A DNA stretch of 63,803 nucleotides, counting the filler, from Octopus bimaculoides (lineage: Eukaryota): assembly GCF_001194135.2 (NCBI RefSeq). It is 3 parts of 3 records of this genome, joined end to end, with 100 filler letters (N's around TTAATTAATTAA, not from the genome) between each part and the next. Parts side by side here need not be neighbours in the genome. Positions count along the whole stretch, not along the records: positions 1 to 25,365 come from NC_069005.1; positions 25,466 to 52,659 come from NC_068996.1; 1 more part is not named here. The stretch is one strand, 5' to 3'. Below are positions 23,500-36,427 of the stretch, piece by piece. A program made the translations under genes and the position numbers. Under the pieces are notes generated by a model. That model searched no databases, was not told where the DNA came from, and was given only the letters and a program-made list of their open reading frames with translations. Position 1 is the stretch's first letter. Each line of letters begins with the position of its first letter.

Positions 23500-24580
23500 A
23501 AATGTAGTTTAATGCGAACTTGCGACGAGGCAGATTTTATTTTGCAAGCTTGGGGTCACCTTGAAAATGAAGAACCAAACCAAACATTATCGATAAGTCA
23601 TGCATTTTATTATTATTATTATTATTATTAAAAAAGCAAAAGAGCAGCGGAAACCCACACGAAGATAAGTGCTGTGTGTGGAGTGCATGTTGTTAAGGAA
23701 CATGAATGCCAGAAGTAGCTTTCAAGATTTCAATCGAGAAATTTTTCCGTTCAAGATGTTCCTCGTTCTGGTCGACCAACTGAGATTAATAGCGAGTTGG
23801 TCAACACCAACCTTTGTTATTATTGTGTCGACGCTCCCAAGCGAAGAAGTAGGATCCAAATGAAACGTTGAAAACCACCTCCTACAACTTGATTCCGTCA
23901 GCAGTGTCGATGTTTGGGTCCCAAATCAATTAATTAATTTGAACATTGGCCAGAGAATGTCAATCTGCGATTCGTTGCAAATGAGCGAAGAAAACGATCT
24001 TTTCTTGAAGAGAATGGTGACAAGGGACGAAAAGTGGATCGTCTGTAACAAAAGGAAGCGAAAACAATCATGGAGGAAGCACGGCAAGTCACTACAAACA
24101 GCCTCCAAAGCAGGATTTTAACCAAAGAAGGTTATGCTTTCAGTGTGGTGGGATTGGAAGGGTGTTGTCTCTTACGAGCTTGTTCCCATACCATCAATTC
24201 GGATGTGTATTGTGGCCAGCTTGACGTAGCACTGCGTGCCACAAGAAACATTCAGAAGTAGCTAATCAGAAGGGCATTGTTTTTCATCACGGCGATGCCA
24301 AACCGCACTTTTTTTTTTGGGCAGATGTGGCAGAATTCCTGGGGCTTGGCTGGGAAATTTTGCTTCATCCTCTATATTCGTTCGACCTTGCGCCGTCAGA
24401 TTTCTATCTGTTTCGGTCTCTTCAAAATTTTTTGAATTGACAGACCCTCAACTCTGAAGAGGATATAAAACTGAAAGAGTTCTTCGCCAGTAAAAACAGG
24501 AAATATTGTATCTGTCTACGAAGGTGATAGAATATACTGAAACTAAACGGCAATTATTGATTGTAAAATATCGCTTTATG
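23500..24580 (+). mobile_element. mariner transposase pseudogene
   Basis: PRSGRP, VWVP, FLKRMVTRDEKWI, KKVMLSVWWDWKGVVSYEL, FHHGDAKPH, HPLYSFDLAPSDFYLFRSL, with multiple stops and frameshifts. Confidence 0.92.
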
Positions 24581-25365
24581 GTATGGTTTTCTCTTCAACA
24601 GATAAACATGTTCTTTTGGGTATCTTTTTCTTTCAATGTAAGCCAGTTTCGTCAACATTAAAAATCTGTTGTGCACAATAACAATGCATTTTTTAAAAAC
24701 CATGTCAAGCAAAATCTTGCACAAATTTTGTTGCAGCTTTTTTCATCTGCACTAACTATTCCTCGAAAGAGTTTAAGATTATTAAGAGCGGCCATTTTCT
24801 GTAATTTTTCAAACCCAACCTTGTTTGCCTGAAATTCTGGAGAATCCACCGCCTAACCTCCTAAATGCTCTCGCCAATCCGCATTAATGTTATTTTGAAT
24901 TTACTGCAAGACTCATTTCAGTATTTTTCCTTGTTGTTCACCCATCTCTGTTAATGAACTCACCCTTTTTCCATCACTAGGCCTTGTTTATTTTTTCATT
25001 TTTCATTTTTAACGTAATAGCTGCCGTTATATTTCCTGCATGAAGTATATATCAATTTCTTTATAATCCTTAATAATTGAAGACACATGTGAGTTGTTCA
25101 TATTCAAAGCCTTGTTTATTCAAGTTTGATATTGACTGGTTTCTGAACAGTTAATATTGTCCGTTTCATTTTGTTGTATTAGTTTTGTATGACCTACAGC
25201 TCTTTCTTTTTTATATATTCGAACGGGTATGATGGGTTTTATGCTTTGTACTCATTTGTTTGCCAGGGCAATATAAAACGAAAAGTCTCAAATACCAAAT
25301 GAGTCTCCAGCAGTTATAGTGAATAGTTGCTACGTTTGTGCAGAAATATACAGAGAGAGAGAGAG

Positions 25366-25465
25366 NNNNNNNNNNNNNNNNNNNNNNNNNNNNNNNNNNN
25401 NNNNNNNNNTTAATTAATTAANNNNNNNNNNNNNNNNNNNNNNNNNNNNNNNNNNNNNNNNNNNN
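25366..25465. other. Artificial scaffold join (44 N + TTAATTAATTAA + 44 N)
   Basis: Identical 100 bp construct at 52660-52759. The 12-mer has stops in all six frames. Confidence 0.9.
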
Positions 25466-26404
25466 ATATAATAATTTTTTTGCCAGAGGATGTAGCAACC
25501 GTTACCAATATAGCATAAGAACTTACCTTAGGAGATCATTAATTAGATTCCTTAAGGGTCGTTCTCACAGTTTATATTTATATCATAAGGTTTTTAAACT
25601 TTTAAATTTTCATATTCAAAAGAGACAGAGACTTCCAATTCGATATATCGATTTATTCACCACTCTATGTTAACATATATATATATATATATGTATGTAT
25701 TTATGTATGAATATATGTATGCATTTGTATATGTATGAGTCTCTTGCATACATATTATATACAAGTAAGTGTGTATTCATGTGTGCCTAATGTATACTGT
25801 GAAAGTGAATACCTGTTGCTGATGAAGAACACAAATGCTGGAATTAAAGGATTTCGCAGTTCCAGCACTAGTGCTGGACAATTTTAGTCCACCACTGATT
25901 TTCTGTGTCTTTAAGCACTAAACATCTCTAAGAGGTTCTCTCTCAGAACAAATACTACAGTATTATGGCATTCTTATAATAAACCCACATTAAGTAGGAT
26001 ATAAAGTTTGCTCTTTCTTCCACTTCCTTCCTAAACGACAAGGCGTGCTTTTACTTGTTTCTTCTCAAAGCTAATTTTTCCAGCGTTCACCACTTCACAT
26101 TGTCTTGGCTTAACAGCCCTCACCGTTTGTTTTTACTGTTTTGTTCTCACTGTCCTGTTTTTGTTACCACTTTCACCCTCCACAAAAAAACCCAAATTTT
26201 ATTTAATTTGCTTTGCGGGAACGACTGTTTTAACGAACTCGCGTCTTGTCCCTACCTTTGAAGCAGGACAACTGATGAAAGGAATGTTCTTTATGTTGCC
26301 TGTCTCGTTTCTCTATTTGTTTCTTTCGTTGTTCGTTTTCTATGTCTTTTTTATGTCCTCGTTTTATTATTGACTGATTTATGGTAAAGAATACAAAGAT
26401 TTCT

Positions 26405-26625
26405 AGAAGGTGGTGAGTTGCTAGAATCATTAGCATGCCAGACAAAATGTTTAGCGGCATTTCGTCTTTACATTCTGAGATCAAATTCTGCCAAGGTTGA
26501 CTTTGCCTTTCATCCTTTTGGAGTTGATAAAATAAGCACTAATTGAATGCTGGATTCGATATAATCAACTTATCGCCTTACCTGAAATTGCTGGCCTTGT
26601 GCCAAAATTTGAAATCAATATTATT
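26405..26625 (+). mobile_element. SINE family B
   Basis: TTCTGAGATCAAATTCTGCCAAGGTTGACTTTGCCTTTCATCC core. Confidence 0.85.
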
Positions 26626-26699
26626 GACTGCTAGTACACATTAGTCACCAAGGTGAAACTAATTTGATAGTCTGTGTGTGAAATAATAACGGAAAGAAT

Positions 26700-28480
26700 A
26701 CAAAGTTAAACCCAGTTCAAATATGTTTGAGAGATATTTGAACTTGTAAAGGCTTTTCAGTGCAGTTGAAGTGATAAATATGATTAATAACATCAAGTTA
26801 AAATGCTACCCATTAAAGGAAAACGAACAGTAGGATGTGGCTCTTTACAACTTTTATAAAAGTAGCAAAGAACTAGAACTAGAGGATAATGAAAAGAGCC
26901 TAGAAATTTACTTAAGAACCTAAGGTTATACATTATGTTAAGAAATAGTTGTAAGATAGCTAATTTTTTTAATGTGACGTTGGAACATAATACAATCCTT
27001 TATGATCCCTATCATAAACCCAACGAAAACCTGCAATACGTTAAGAGACATTTCAATCACCCTAGAACCGTTATTAAGTCCGTCCTTAGAGGCGCTTCAT
27101 CTAGAAATTCCAGACTTTCTCTCAAAATGCAGACTTTTATAATACAGCTTTAACTCGACCCTGGTGTAATGAAAACATGATATATCTCTGATGGCAAAAT
27201 TGTAAATATTAATAAAGTTAGTGGGCTTCAATTAAAAAGATATAGACATAGAGATAAAACTCGTCTTAAAAATTTTAACTAGCATTTTTAACTAATATGT
27301 TAACTAACATATACATGAGTAAGAATACTATGAGTTACATGGTTAAATCTGTGACAAATTCCCACGTAGAAAGCAATAAAAAAACTGAATAGGGAAACGT
27401 TAATCCCTATAGATAGGGATAGGAATAACTCATTGGTTAAAAATGCAAACTATTTGAAAAGCATTGAAACTCCCCTTAGAAATCCCAACCCGAACCTGAA
27501 TGATTCAGGAAACGGATTTCAAAGTAGTAGGAGTAAAATGATTAAATATAAATATGACAAGTTTTATTCCAATGATATTTATCTTACCTCCAATAAAAGT
27601 AGAAGAATGAGCGAATCTAGAATGAACTACACCACCCTTAAAAAACAACATAACTGGTAAAAATAGGCTACACAAGAGAAATATTACAGGGTCTAACCTC
27701 CCTTCGGAATTGATATAAAATCGGTATCCCTGGAATATTAAGGGGCTTTGGAAAAGCATTTTCTCGCCTCTGGTATAGTATAGGAAAATCGTTAATAGGA
27801 ATAGTGTAAAATTTATGTATTCTACCACACCTAATTTAGCTAATACTATTGCAACAAAGGAAACTAAATATTATATGTAATAGGAAGCGTATTTTCAATT
27901 TTTCCTGTTGTAAATATAACTTTAGGTCTTCTGTAAATTATATGTCTCTGTCTAGTATAAATAATAAGAGCTCTTTGTTATCCTCTCCCAGCAATAAGAA
28001 TAATACCAAATGCCTCTTCTGATAATAAACCTAATAGTTTGTATAACTGTAGGGATCAAAATAACCAATGTCTTTTATGTAATTTAATATATAAATGCTC
28101 TACTAAAACACCCGATAAAGTTCATTATTACAAAGTACTACGCCATCTAAATTCAAAATTAGAGTGTACATTCATATGCATTTCTTTAGTAATGAAAGAA
28201 AACTTTTTGCACTTCACTTGCCATATTCATCTGGGCTCTTAAAGAGAGGAATATTGATTTCTCAATTTCATGGTTAATTATACGTACAACACTTCCATAG
28301 AAAGAGGTTGGGGTGGTTGTAACTTATATTCTATGGAAGTATTTGAAGTTTTCAAGTGTAAAGTCAGATCAAATTAACAAGCATAACGAATTATTGATCC
28401 TTTGTTTCCACTAATTCAATAAAACATTCTTGAAAATTCCATGACGTTCGTATTATTTCTGGTGCCCCAGTTTTATCATA
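26700..28480 (+). mobile_element. Decayed Penelope-like element: RT thumb, linker and GIY-YIG endonuclease
   Basis: FNVTL...YDPYHKPNENLQYVKRHFNHP (SNHP motif), KRNITGSNLP (KRNIIWFNPP-like), CRDQNNQCLLCNLIYKC, LAIFIW-LKERNIDFSISW. Confidence 0.8.
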
Positions 28481-29279
28481 GGTGATTCAATATAAGATGT
28501 TCACTATGTCTTGATACTTCCTGCATAAATTATTTCCTATGTAACTAATCATTTATTCCTTAACTAATGTATTTATTTGATTTCAACTGTAAGTGATCAA
28601 ATGAAATCCAGCCATAATTCTTGTGACAGTCTTATAGATTTATTCTATACCTTTATTGTAATTCCTTGTACTTATCTTTTCAAGTCTTTATCTTGATTTT
28701 TCTCTTTATACTTCTCTTCCTCCTATTAATTACACTTCTAAGAATTTAGTAGCAAGCTATCATCTCTTTGAACATTTCTATTATATCCCTTAATCAACTT
28801 ATCTCTCTACTAGTATATAAATGTATATGATTAATCTTTCATTTCTCTTATTCTGTCATTTAGACATCTTCGTGATTTACTAAATCTAGCCAATGGAACT
28901 AAGACGATACTTTGTCTTCGTAGTCTTGCTCCTGGGCTACTTCTTTGTCAGAGTTATGACTTGCTTTTTAATTTTTTACTATGATGATCCAAGTGACCCC
29001 TTCTCATTTGTTTAACCAAATTTGACTATGTACGTTTTTGAGATGCTGGTGAAAAATTTTCATTTACTGTCTGTGGCTTTTACAAAATTTTATTTAAATA
29101 ACCTTGCACTTCGCTTGATGTAACAATTCTACCAATTACCAAAACGATCGAAATTGATTCATAAATGTAATGCCGTGATCTCCGTTCTTTGTTTCTCCAC
29201 ATACATACATACGTACGTACGTACATACATACATACATACATACATACATACATACATACATACATACATGCCAAAGTT

Positions 29280-31095
29280 CCAATGAGTATAGTCAAAGCC
29301 AAAGCTGACCTGAATTCATCGTGGGCATCGTGGGCTACCATCTTGAAATTAGACACAAGGAGTGACTGTGTTATTACACAGAGTACAATATTGCAGAGGT
29401 ATATTCCAAGGGGACACCCTCTCTGTGATGTTGTTTATACTTTTTGTAAACCCCTTGTCATTCATGTTGAGGTAGTCCGAAGGATTTCTCTCTGGTTCGC
29501 AGGGAAACAGAAAGACCAAAATTACACACTGTTCCTTTGGGGATGACTTGAAACTTTATGGAAAGAATATGCATGAGGGGAAAAAGAGCCTTGACCTGGT
29601 TACAACATTTTCAAAGGATATAGGGTTGGAGTTTTTTTTAGGATAAATGTTGTTATATGGTTGTGAAAAAGGAGAAAACTATAAACTAGACTAGTAACAC
29701 CTCCATCAATGATTTGACTGTTTCCCCTGTATCTGACGAGGAATGTTACAGGTATCTAGGGGTGGATGAAAATATATTTTGAAATGGCGCCTGTCATAAA
29801 ACACTAAAGAATATTACAGCCGAATAAAGAAAATTTGGACCTCAGAACTCTCTGCATTCAATAAAACAATGGCCCACAATGTGTTTGCACTGTCAATACT
29901 GATACCAACATTTGGGCTCCTTGATTGGACGCTTGATGAGATCCGAGCCATTGATGTGAAATTCCGGAAGATATTAACAAACACATAATTTCCACATAAA
30001 CAGTGACCACTAAAACGAAAACAAGGCAGAAGAGGTTTAACATCGATCCAAAATGCTTTTGAATGTTGTATCATATCCCTTCGGCTACATCTTTTAGCCA
30101 CCAAGTGTCGAAGTGCATCCCTTCACTAAGTTTGCATACATGAGGCTGATAACATCATAAGACTTGGAAGGCAGCTCCTTGAGTAACATTCTTTGTCTGA
30201 TAACATTAAATGCATGCACAGCGAAGTCGCACAACTCTACCGCAGCATATCATTAGATGAAGGGATAAGCATATATGAGCAGAAGACCATGTATGGATAT
30301 GTGAGTAGAAAGCTCTGAGACGATAGTAACATTGATCCTCAAAGCAGTCTATCATGGACGAACAACCAGATTACTACCTCTCACTTTGAAGGGTATGCGT
30401 TTGCAATCCAGGAACAGGAAATATCAACCAAATACCTGATGCACAAAAGGGATAGAGATGCAGGAAAAGCAGTAAAATGTGACAACCGATGCAGATTTGT
30501 GGGGTTGACACCGAAGATATCACGCACATCATAAGCATTTGTAAAAAAATGTCACTACGGTACTATCTATCGATGAGACATGATGTAGCTAGGACGCTGA
30601 ATAGCGAGATCTGTTGAAAGGATAACCTCAAGGACAAAGAAATAAGAACCCTCAGTATGATAGAAGCCATAGCCATTCATAATAAAAAAGGAATACTGGT
30701 GGAATGTTCCAGTGAAGACCTCAATAAAATGTAAGCATAATAGACTTGATATAATGATTTGGGATAGAGAAGAGCAACTGTGTATAGCTGTGGTAATCAG
30801 CTACCCAGCGGTTGTTAACATAAAGCTGAAGATCAGTGAAAAAGAGAACACATACGCTGAACTATTGAGAAATCTGAAGTTGCTCTATCCAGGTTACAAG
30901 TTGAGGTTTATACCTGTAACTATTGGGGCCATGGAATATGTAATACACTGACTAAATACCAATCTATAAAAAAATTAGGCTTCTCGAAACCAGAAAGGAG
31001 GAAGCTAATTCGAAGACTACAGATCCAATCCATCATTGGAACTATAAAAACCTGTAGAAACTTTCCAGAAGTTTATCATTTGAATATATATATGA
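29280..31095 (+). mobile_element. Decayed RLE-type non-LTR retrotransposon (R4/NeSL-like): RT, CCHC knuckle, endonuclease
   Basis: FGDDLKLY (~29535), YRYLG (~29750), RKQGRRGLTSI, CRF(C)...EDITHIISIC...RHD (~30490), HNRLDIMIWDRE and FIPVTIGAM (ORF 30712-30951). Confidence 0.88.
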
Positions 31096-32978
31096 GCATG
31101 TCTATATATGCAACTATATGCATGAGAATGCATACATAAAGCAAAACATACAAATCTGCACGCATACATGCATTCATGCATGCATACATACATACATACA
31201 TACGTATGTCCATGTCTAGATATACATTTGTCCATGTGTACATATGCAACTATAAGCATGATAATACATACATAAAACATACAAATCTGCACATACATAC
31301 ATACATACATACATAGATGCATACCTTGTTGTTAATGTTGGAAATTCCAATCAAAGAGCCTTGGATCTAAGTTAGAAACCTGTTCTTTCTCTATTGGCAA
31401 GGAATCTTGAAATGAAACTGAACAATTACATAATACATACACACTTGCATTTACACACATACAAACATTCGCCCACACCCACATGTACATAAGGTATAAG
31501 AACCGAACCTGGAATCATCTATTCTCAAAAGAGCAAACGTCTTAACCACTCAGCCTTTCGTGTGACTTATGGTCCCACACACACATGCATACACATACAC
31601 ACACGCACACACACATGTATGCATGTACGTATATATGTATGCGCGTGTGTGCATGCATATATGCACACGTACATATATGCAAATACACACACACACATAT
31701 ATATATATACACAGGCACACGCAGATACACGCACCCACATAAACACACATACGCATTCACTAATACACACACACATACACACACATGCATACACATTCAC
31801 GAACGCACACACAAACGCACGCTCAAACACATGTATATATGTAGGTATATGTGTGTGTATGTGCGTGTGTGTGTCTGCATACATATATGCACACATCTAC
31901 ATATGCGCAAATAGATACACACACACATATACACAGGCACACACATAAACACATCATGCACATTCGCAAACACACGCACACACATGCACACACATTCACA
32001 AATACACACACACATTCACAGACGCTCACACGCATCATATATTTATATATGTATATATGTATGTATGTGTATGCATATATATATATGTATGTGTGTGTAT
32101 ATACGTATGTGTGTATATATGTATGTGTGTGTATGCATACATATATATATATATATGCACACATCTACATTTACGCAAATCGATACACACACATTTATAC
32201 ACAGGCACAAACACACACACACACACACACATACACACACACATACACATTCACAAATACACACACATGCACACATGCACACATACACACACATTCACAA
32301 ACACACACACACATACACACATGCCTACATGTATGTATATATTTGTGTGTGTGTGTACGTACATGTATGCATACATCTACATATACGCAAATAGATATGC
32401 ACACACATATATACACAGGCACACACACACACAGACACACACACACGTGTATTACTTTTTTTATATGGTATTTCATTTATTTGTGAATATGCAAACTTTA
32501 AGAAAAAGTTTTAATTATTTTTGCTGTAAATATGAAGCGAATACTGTAGCGATAACACTTGAACATGTCTATCAGATATTTTATACATAATTCTATAATA
32601 GCTTTTTGGTTGCAAGAAAATACAAACAAGAACAACAAGAACAACAAGAACAACAACAACAACGACAACAACAACGACGACAACGGCTACAACAACATTT
32701 TTTTTTCTAGTTTGATTAATTAAGGCGAGTAAAATAGTGATTGATATGAAATAAATAAATGGATAGATAAAAAAAAAAATGAATCGAAAAAAAGAGAAGA
32801 ATAAGGTTAAACACATCTCATCTAACTTTTATACACCAATGACCTCTCCTGCGCAATGGGTTGGTTTTATGAAGACATTAAAGACGTTTTCAAGGTAATG
32901 TGTGTGTACACACACACACACGCATATATATACATACGTACATACATACATGCATATATGTGTGTATGTGTGTGTGTG

Positions 32979-33050
<72 letters not shown>

Positions 33051-33404
33051 TATGAATTTACATATAAATATATATGTATATACATGTATATATATGTGTG
33101 TATGTATGTGCATGTGCGTGCATGTATGTGAGTGTGTTTATACATACATACATACATACAAACATACATACATATACATACATACATCCCTACATACATA
33201 CATATATGTGTGTATATCACACAACACAAGCACACAGACACGTGTTTCCGTAAACATTTATTAGCATCCTGATATTAGAATTGATCTCAGTACAACTTTC
33301 CGTTATTAACGTTTTTTAAAAAAGTATTTTTAGGGCTGTTCGTGTGGATAAGTGTGGTAATTTTTTTCCAGAGACATTGAGAACTTCATACTCAAACGCT
33401 CTCT

Positions 33405-33527
<123 letters not shown>

Positions 33528-33547
33528 CACGCACGCATATATTTATA

Positions 33548-33810
33548 TACTGGCACTCCATCAGTTTCGAGAATAAGTGTTCCAGTTGATTCGATTAACC
33601 GAACAGCCTGGTCATCAAATTAAAATGCAAATGGCTAAGTACTCCTGAAGCATGCGGGCCCGTAACGTAGTTTTCGGGGAGATTCAGTGTGACAAACAAT
33701 GTGACAAGGCTGGCCTCATTTTTGCCAGCTGAGTGGACTGGAGCAACACGAAATAAAATGTCTTGCTCAAGCATACAATATACCGCCAGGAATCGAACTT
33801 ATTGTCTTAC
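33548..33810 (-). mobile_element. SINE family C, internally deleted
   Basis: Tail TGGCACTCCATCAG at 33551. Head region GGAATCGAAC near 33790. Confidence 0.8.
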
Positions 33811-34330
33811 AATTTAAGCCAAGCCCCTTCACACATACAGACGTACAGACGTACATACATACAAACATATATACATACGTTTATAGACACACATATATGG
33901 ATACATACATACATACAAACATACATACATGCATGCATAGTACAAAATAGGAATATGTGTAGTATACTTAAGGAAGATATATTTTGAAAGCTATATAAAC
34001 TGCTGTATTGATCACGAGAAAGCGTCTAGTATAAATATTTAGTGTTAAAAAACACAAGTATATATCAGAACCATTTGAAAATCTTCTAACAGCAGTGATA
34101 ACATTATCAAAAACGTATTTCTAGCTCTTTGAGCTTCGTCAGTATATATGTATGAACATATTCATATGCACACATACATATATACATGCCTTCAGCATGC
34201 ATACATACTTAGTCGCATAGGCAGGCATACGTATACTCATATACGCATAATATATAATGTATGCATTCATACATATTTATAATGCACACGCACACGTATA
34301 CACATATACATGCACATATATACACACATA

Positions 34331-34372
<42 letters not shown>

Positions 34373-35039
34373 NNNNNNNNNNNNNNNNNNNNNNNNNNNN
34401 NNNNNNNNNNNNNNNNNNNNNNNNNNNNNNNNNNNNNNNNNNNNNNNNNNNNNNNNNNNNNNNNNNNNNNNNNNNNNNNNNNNNNNNNNNNNNNNNNNNN
34501 NNNNNNNNNNNNNNNNNNNNNNNNNNNNNNNNNNNNNNNNNNNNNNNNNNNNNNNNNNNNNNNNNNNNNNNNNNNNNNNNNNNNNNNNNNNNNNNNNNNN
34601 NNNNNNNNNNNNNNNNNNNNNNNNNNNNNNNNNNNNNNNNNNNNNNNNNNNNNNNNNNNNNNNNACACACACACACACACACACACACATACTAAATAAT
34701 TGATACGGGTTGTAACAAAAACTTTATGTAGCACAACAATTTCGGTTGTCTTATTCATTGCTCCCTAATGGGTAGGGAACGATGAAATGTATCAGATGCA
34801 TCTCCCAGTGTGCAGGACCCTTATCAGGTGACGTAAATACAGCTACCCAGGTTTCTTGGTCGAAATAATTTATTTCGCCGGTTATCAAATTGAAAATAAG
34901 ACCGTTTGTCAGTTGTCTTTTGAGTAGATAACATTTAAACTAGAGACGCCTGTAATGAAGACAAGAAGAACAACACAAAAGAGATAACCAACGTTACAAT
35001 AATTCGATGTCAGGCAGACGTAAACCAGATGTTAATGGT

Positions 35040-35560
35040 TTACAATGTGTCTGGTGGTCTACTTTTAAATTCCGACATTATGTGTTTCTTGAAATGTGGA
35101 CATACAGAGAAAATATCGTTCCTCGAATTTTTGTATTCGTTGGAGGTTCTCAAGTTCTTTAAGAGACATAAGTTTTCAAGAAACCACACCGAACATTTTT
35201 TGACTCGTTTATATAGAATATGGATTTGGAGAAGATTTTTCATTTGATGTCGAAACTGGTCTGTTCGTCTTTAAGTCTTCAGATTAAAACCGAAAGGTTT
35301 GTTGATTGTCTCTTATCACGATACCTGAAATCCAAAAGGATGGTTGTTATATCTAGATTAAAATTTACCTTCCACGGCTCCGATATAACGTTTGATATCT
35401 GTACGACCACTGTCGTAGTTCGCTGAAACTTGTGCTTCTTAAACAGAAGATATATTGCACTCCTGTTCCTAGCGGACATATAGACTTGTCTCTACATGTG
35501 CATCTGGAGCAGGCTAAAGTCGTCCGTTGCTTATTGGTATATGACTTAACATTAGAAGGA
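35040..35560 (-). mobile_element. Penelope-like GIY-YIG endonuclease remnant
   Basis: Minus strand: CRDKSICPLG, IKRYIGAVEGKF*SRYNNH, STNLSVLI*RLKD, KKCS, RNDIFSVCPHFKKH. Confidence 0.85.
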
Positions 35561-35929
35561 CAAGAAAAGGTAACTTTTATTGCGTGTCTCTTAAAATTTT
35601 TTTATTGTATTTATGGGTTCTAGGGAAGTGGATATCTACTAAGTGCAAGAATCTTCTACCTACATTTATCCCAACAATAAGGGAGAAGCGAGGCTGGAGG
35701 GGGGCGGACCATGAAACTTTCTGAGACCTGTTCTTACGACTAGATCACCCTATTCTTCCTACCCCACCAAACGTCACACTATGTTTAACTTTAAATTTCT
35801 GAATTCTATGCTCTTATTTCATGTTTGCAATTGTTTGGTGATGCGGCTGTGTTGACAACAAGGTCCTTTGGTCTACAACAGTTCTCACGGAGAGTTGAAC
35901 TTGAAATCCCTTTGTTATCGCCTTTACAC

Positions 35930-36427
35930 TTTTACTTGTTTCAGTCATTTGACTGCGGCCATGCTAGAGCACCGCCTTTAGACGAGCAAATCGACCCCAG
36001 GACTTATTATTTGTAAGCCTAGTACTTATTCTATCGGTCTCTTTTGGCGAACCGCTAAGTTACGGGGACGCAAACACACCAGCTTCGGTTGTCAAGCGAT
36101 GTTGTGGGGACAAACACAGACACACAAACACACACACACACACACACANNNNNNNNNNNNNNNNNNNNNNNNNNNNNNNNNNNNNNNNNNNNNNNNNNNN
36201 NNNNNNNNNNNNNNNNNNNNNNNNNNNNGCCCGAAGCTATAGTAGAAGACACTTGCCCAAGGTGCCACGCAGTGGGAATGAACCCAGAACCATGTGGCTG
36301 GGAAGCAAGCTACTTAACACACAGTCACTCCTGCGCCTATAGCCACTCCTGCGCCTATAGCCACTCCTGCGCCTATAGCCACTCCTGCGCCTATAGCCAC
36401 CCTGCGCCTATAGCCACTCCTGCGCCT
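35930..36427 (-). mobile_element. SINE family A with tandemly amplified 18 bp head
   Basis: Tail at 35935. CACTCCTGCGCCTATAGC x5 plus a partial unit at 36326-36427. Confidence 0.9.

Noticed and set aside
25410-25421. TTAATTAATTAA island between N runs (also 52704-52715)
   Set aside because: Identical 44N-12bp-44N construct with all-frame stops, an assembly linker. Adjacency across these joins should not be trusted.
26265-26315. CTGATGAAAGGAATG in a pseudo-LTR-like stretch
   Set aside because: The GAAA half of the core is missing. At best a dead relic.
29733-29739. CTGACGA (also CTGATGA at about 56016-56022 on minus)
   Set aside because: Inside RT coding remnants and without matching stems.
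34735-34835. CTGATAAGGG...CCGAAA downstream of the minus-strand GIY-YIG remnant
   Set aside because: Core is mutated and stem pairings are unconvincing.
36326-36427. Regularly spaced repeats considered as CRISPR-like (also the 51 bp array at 19700-20715)
   Set aside because: Head-to-tail tandem units with no unique spacers, a eukaryotic context and no cas genes.
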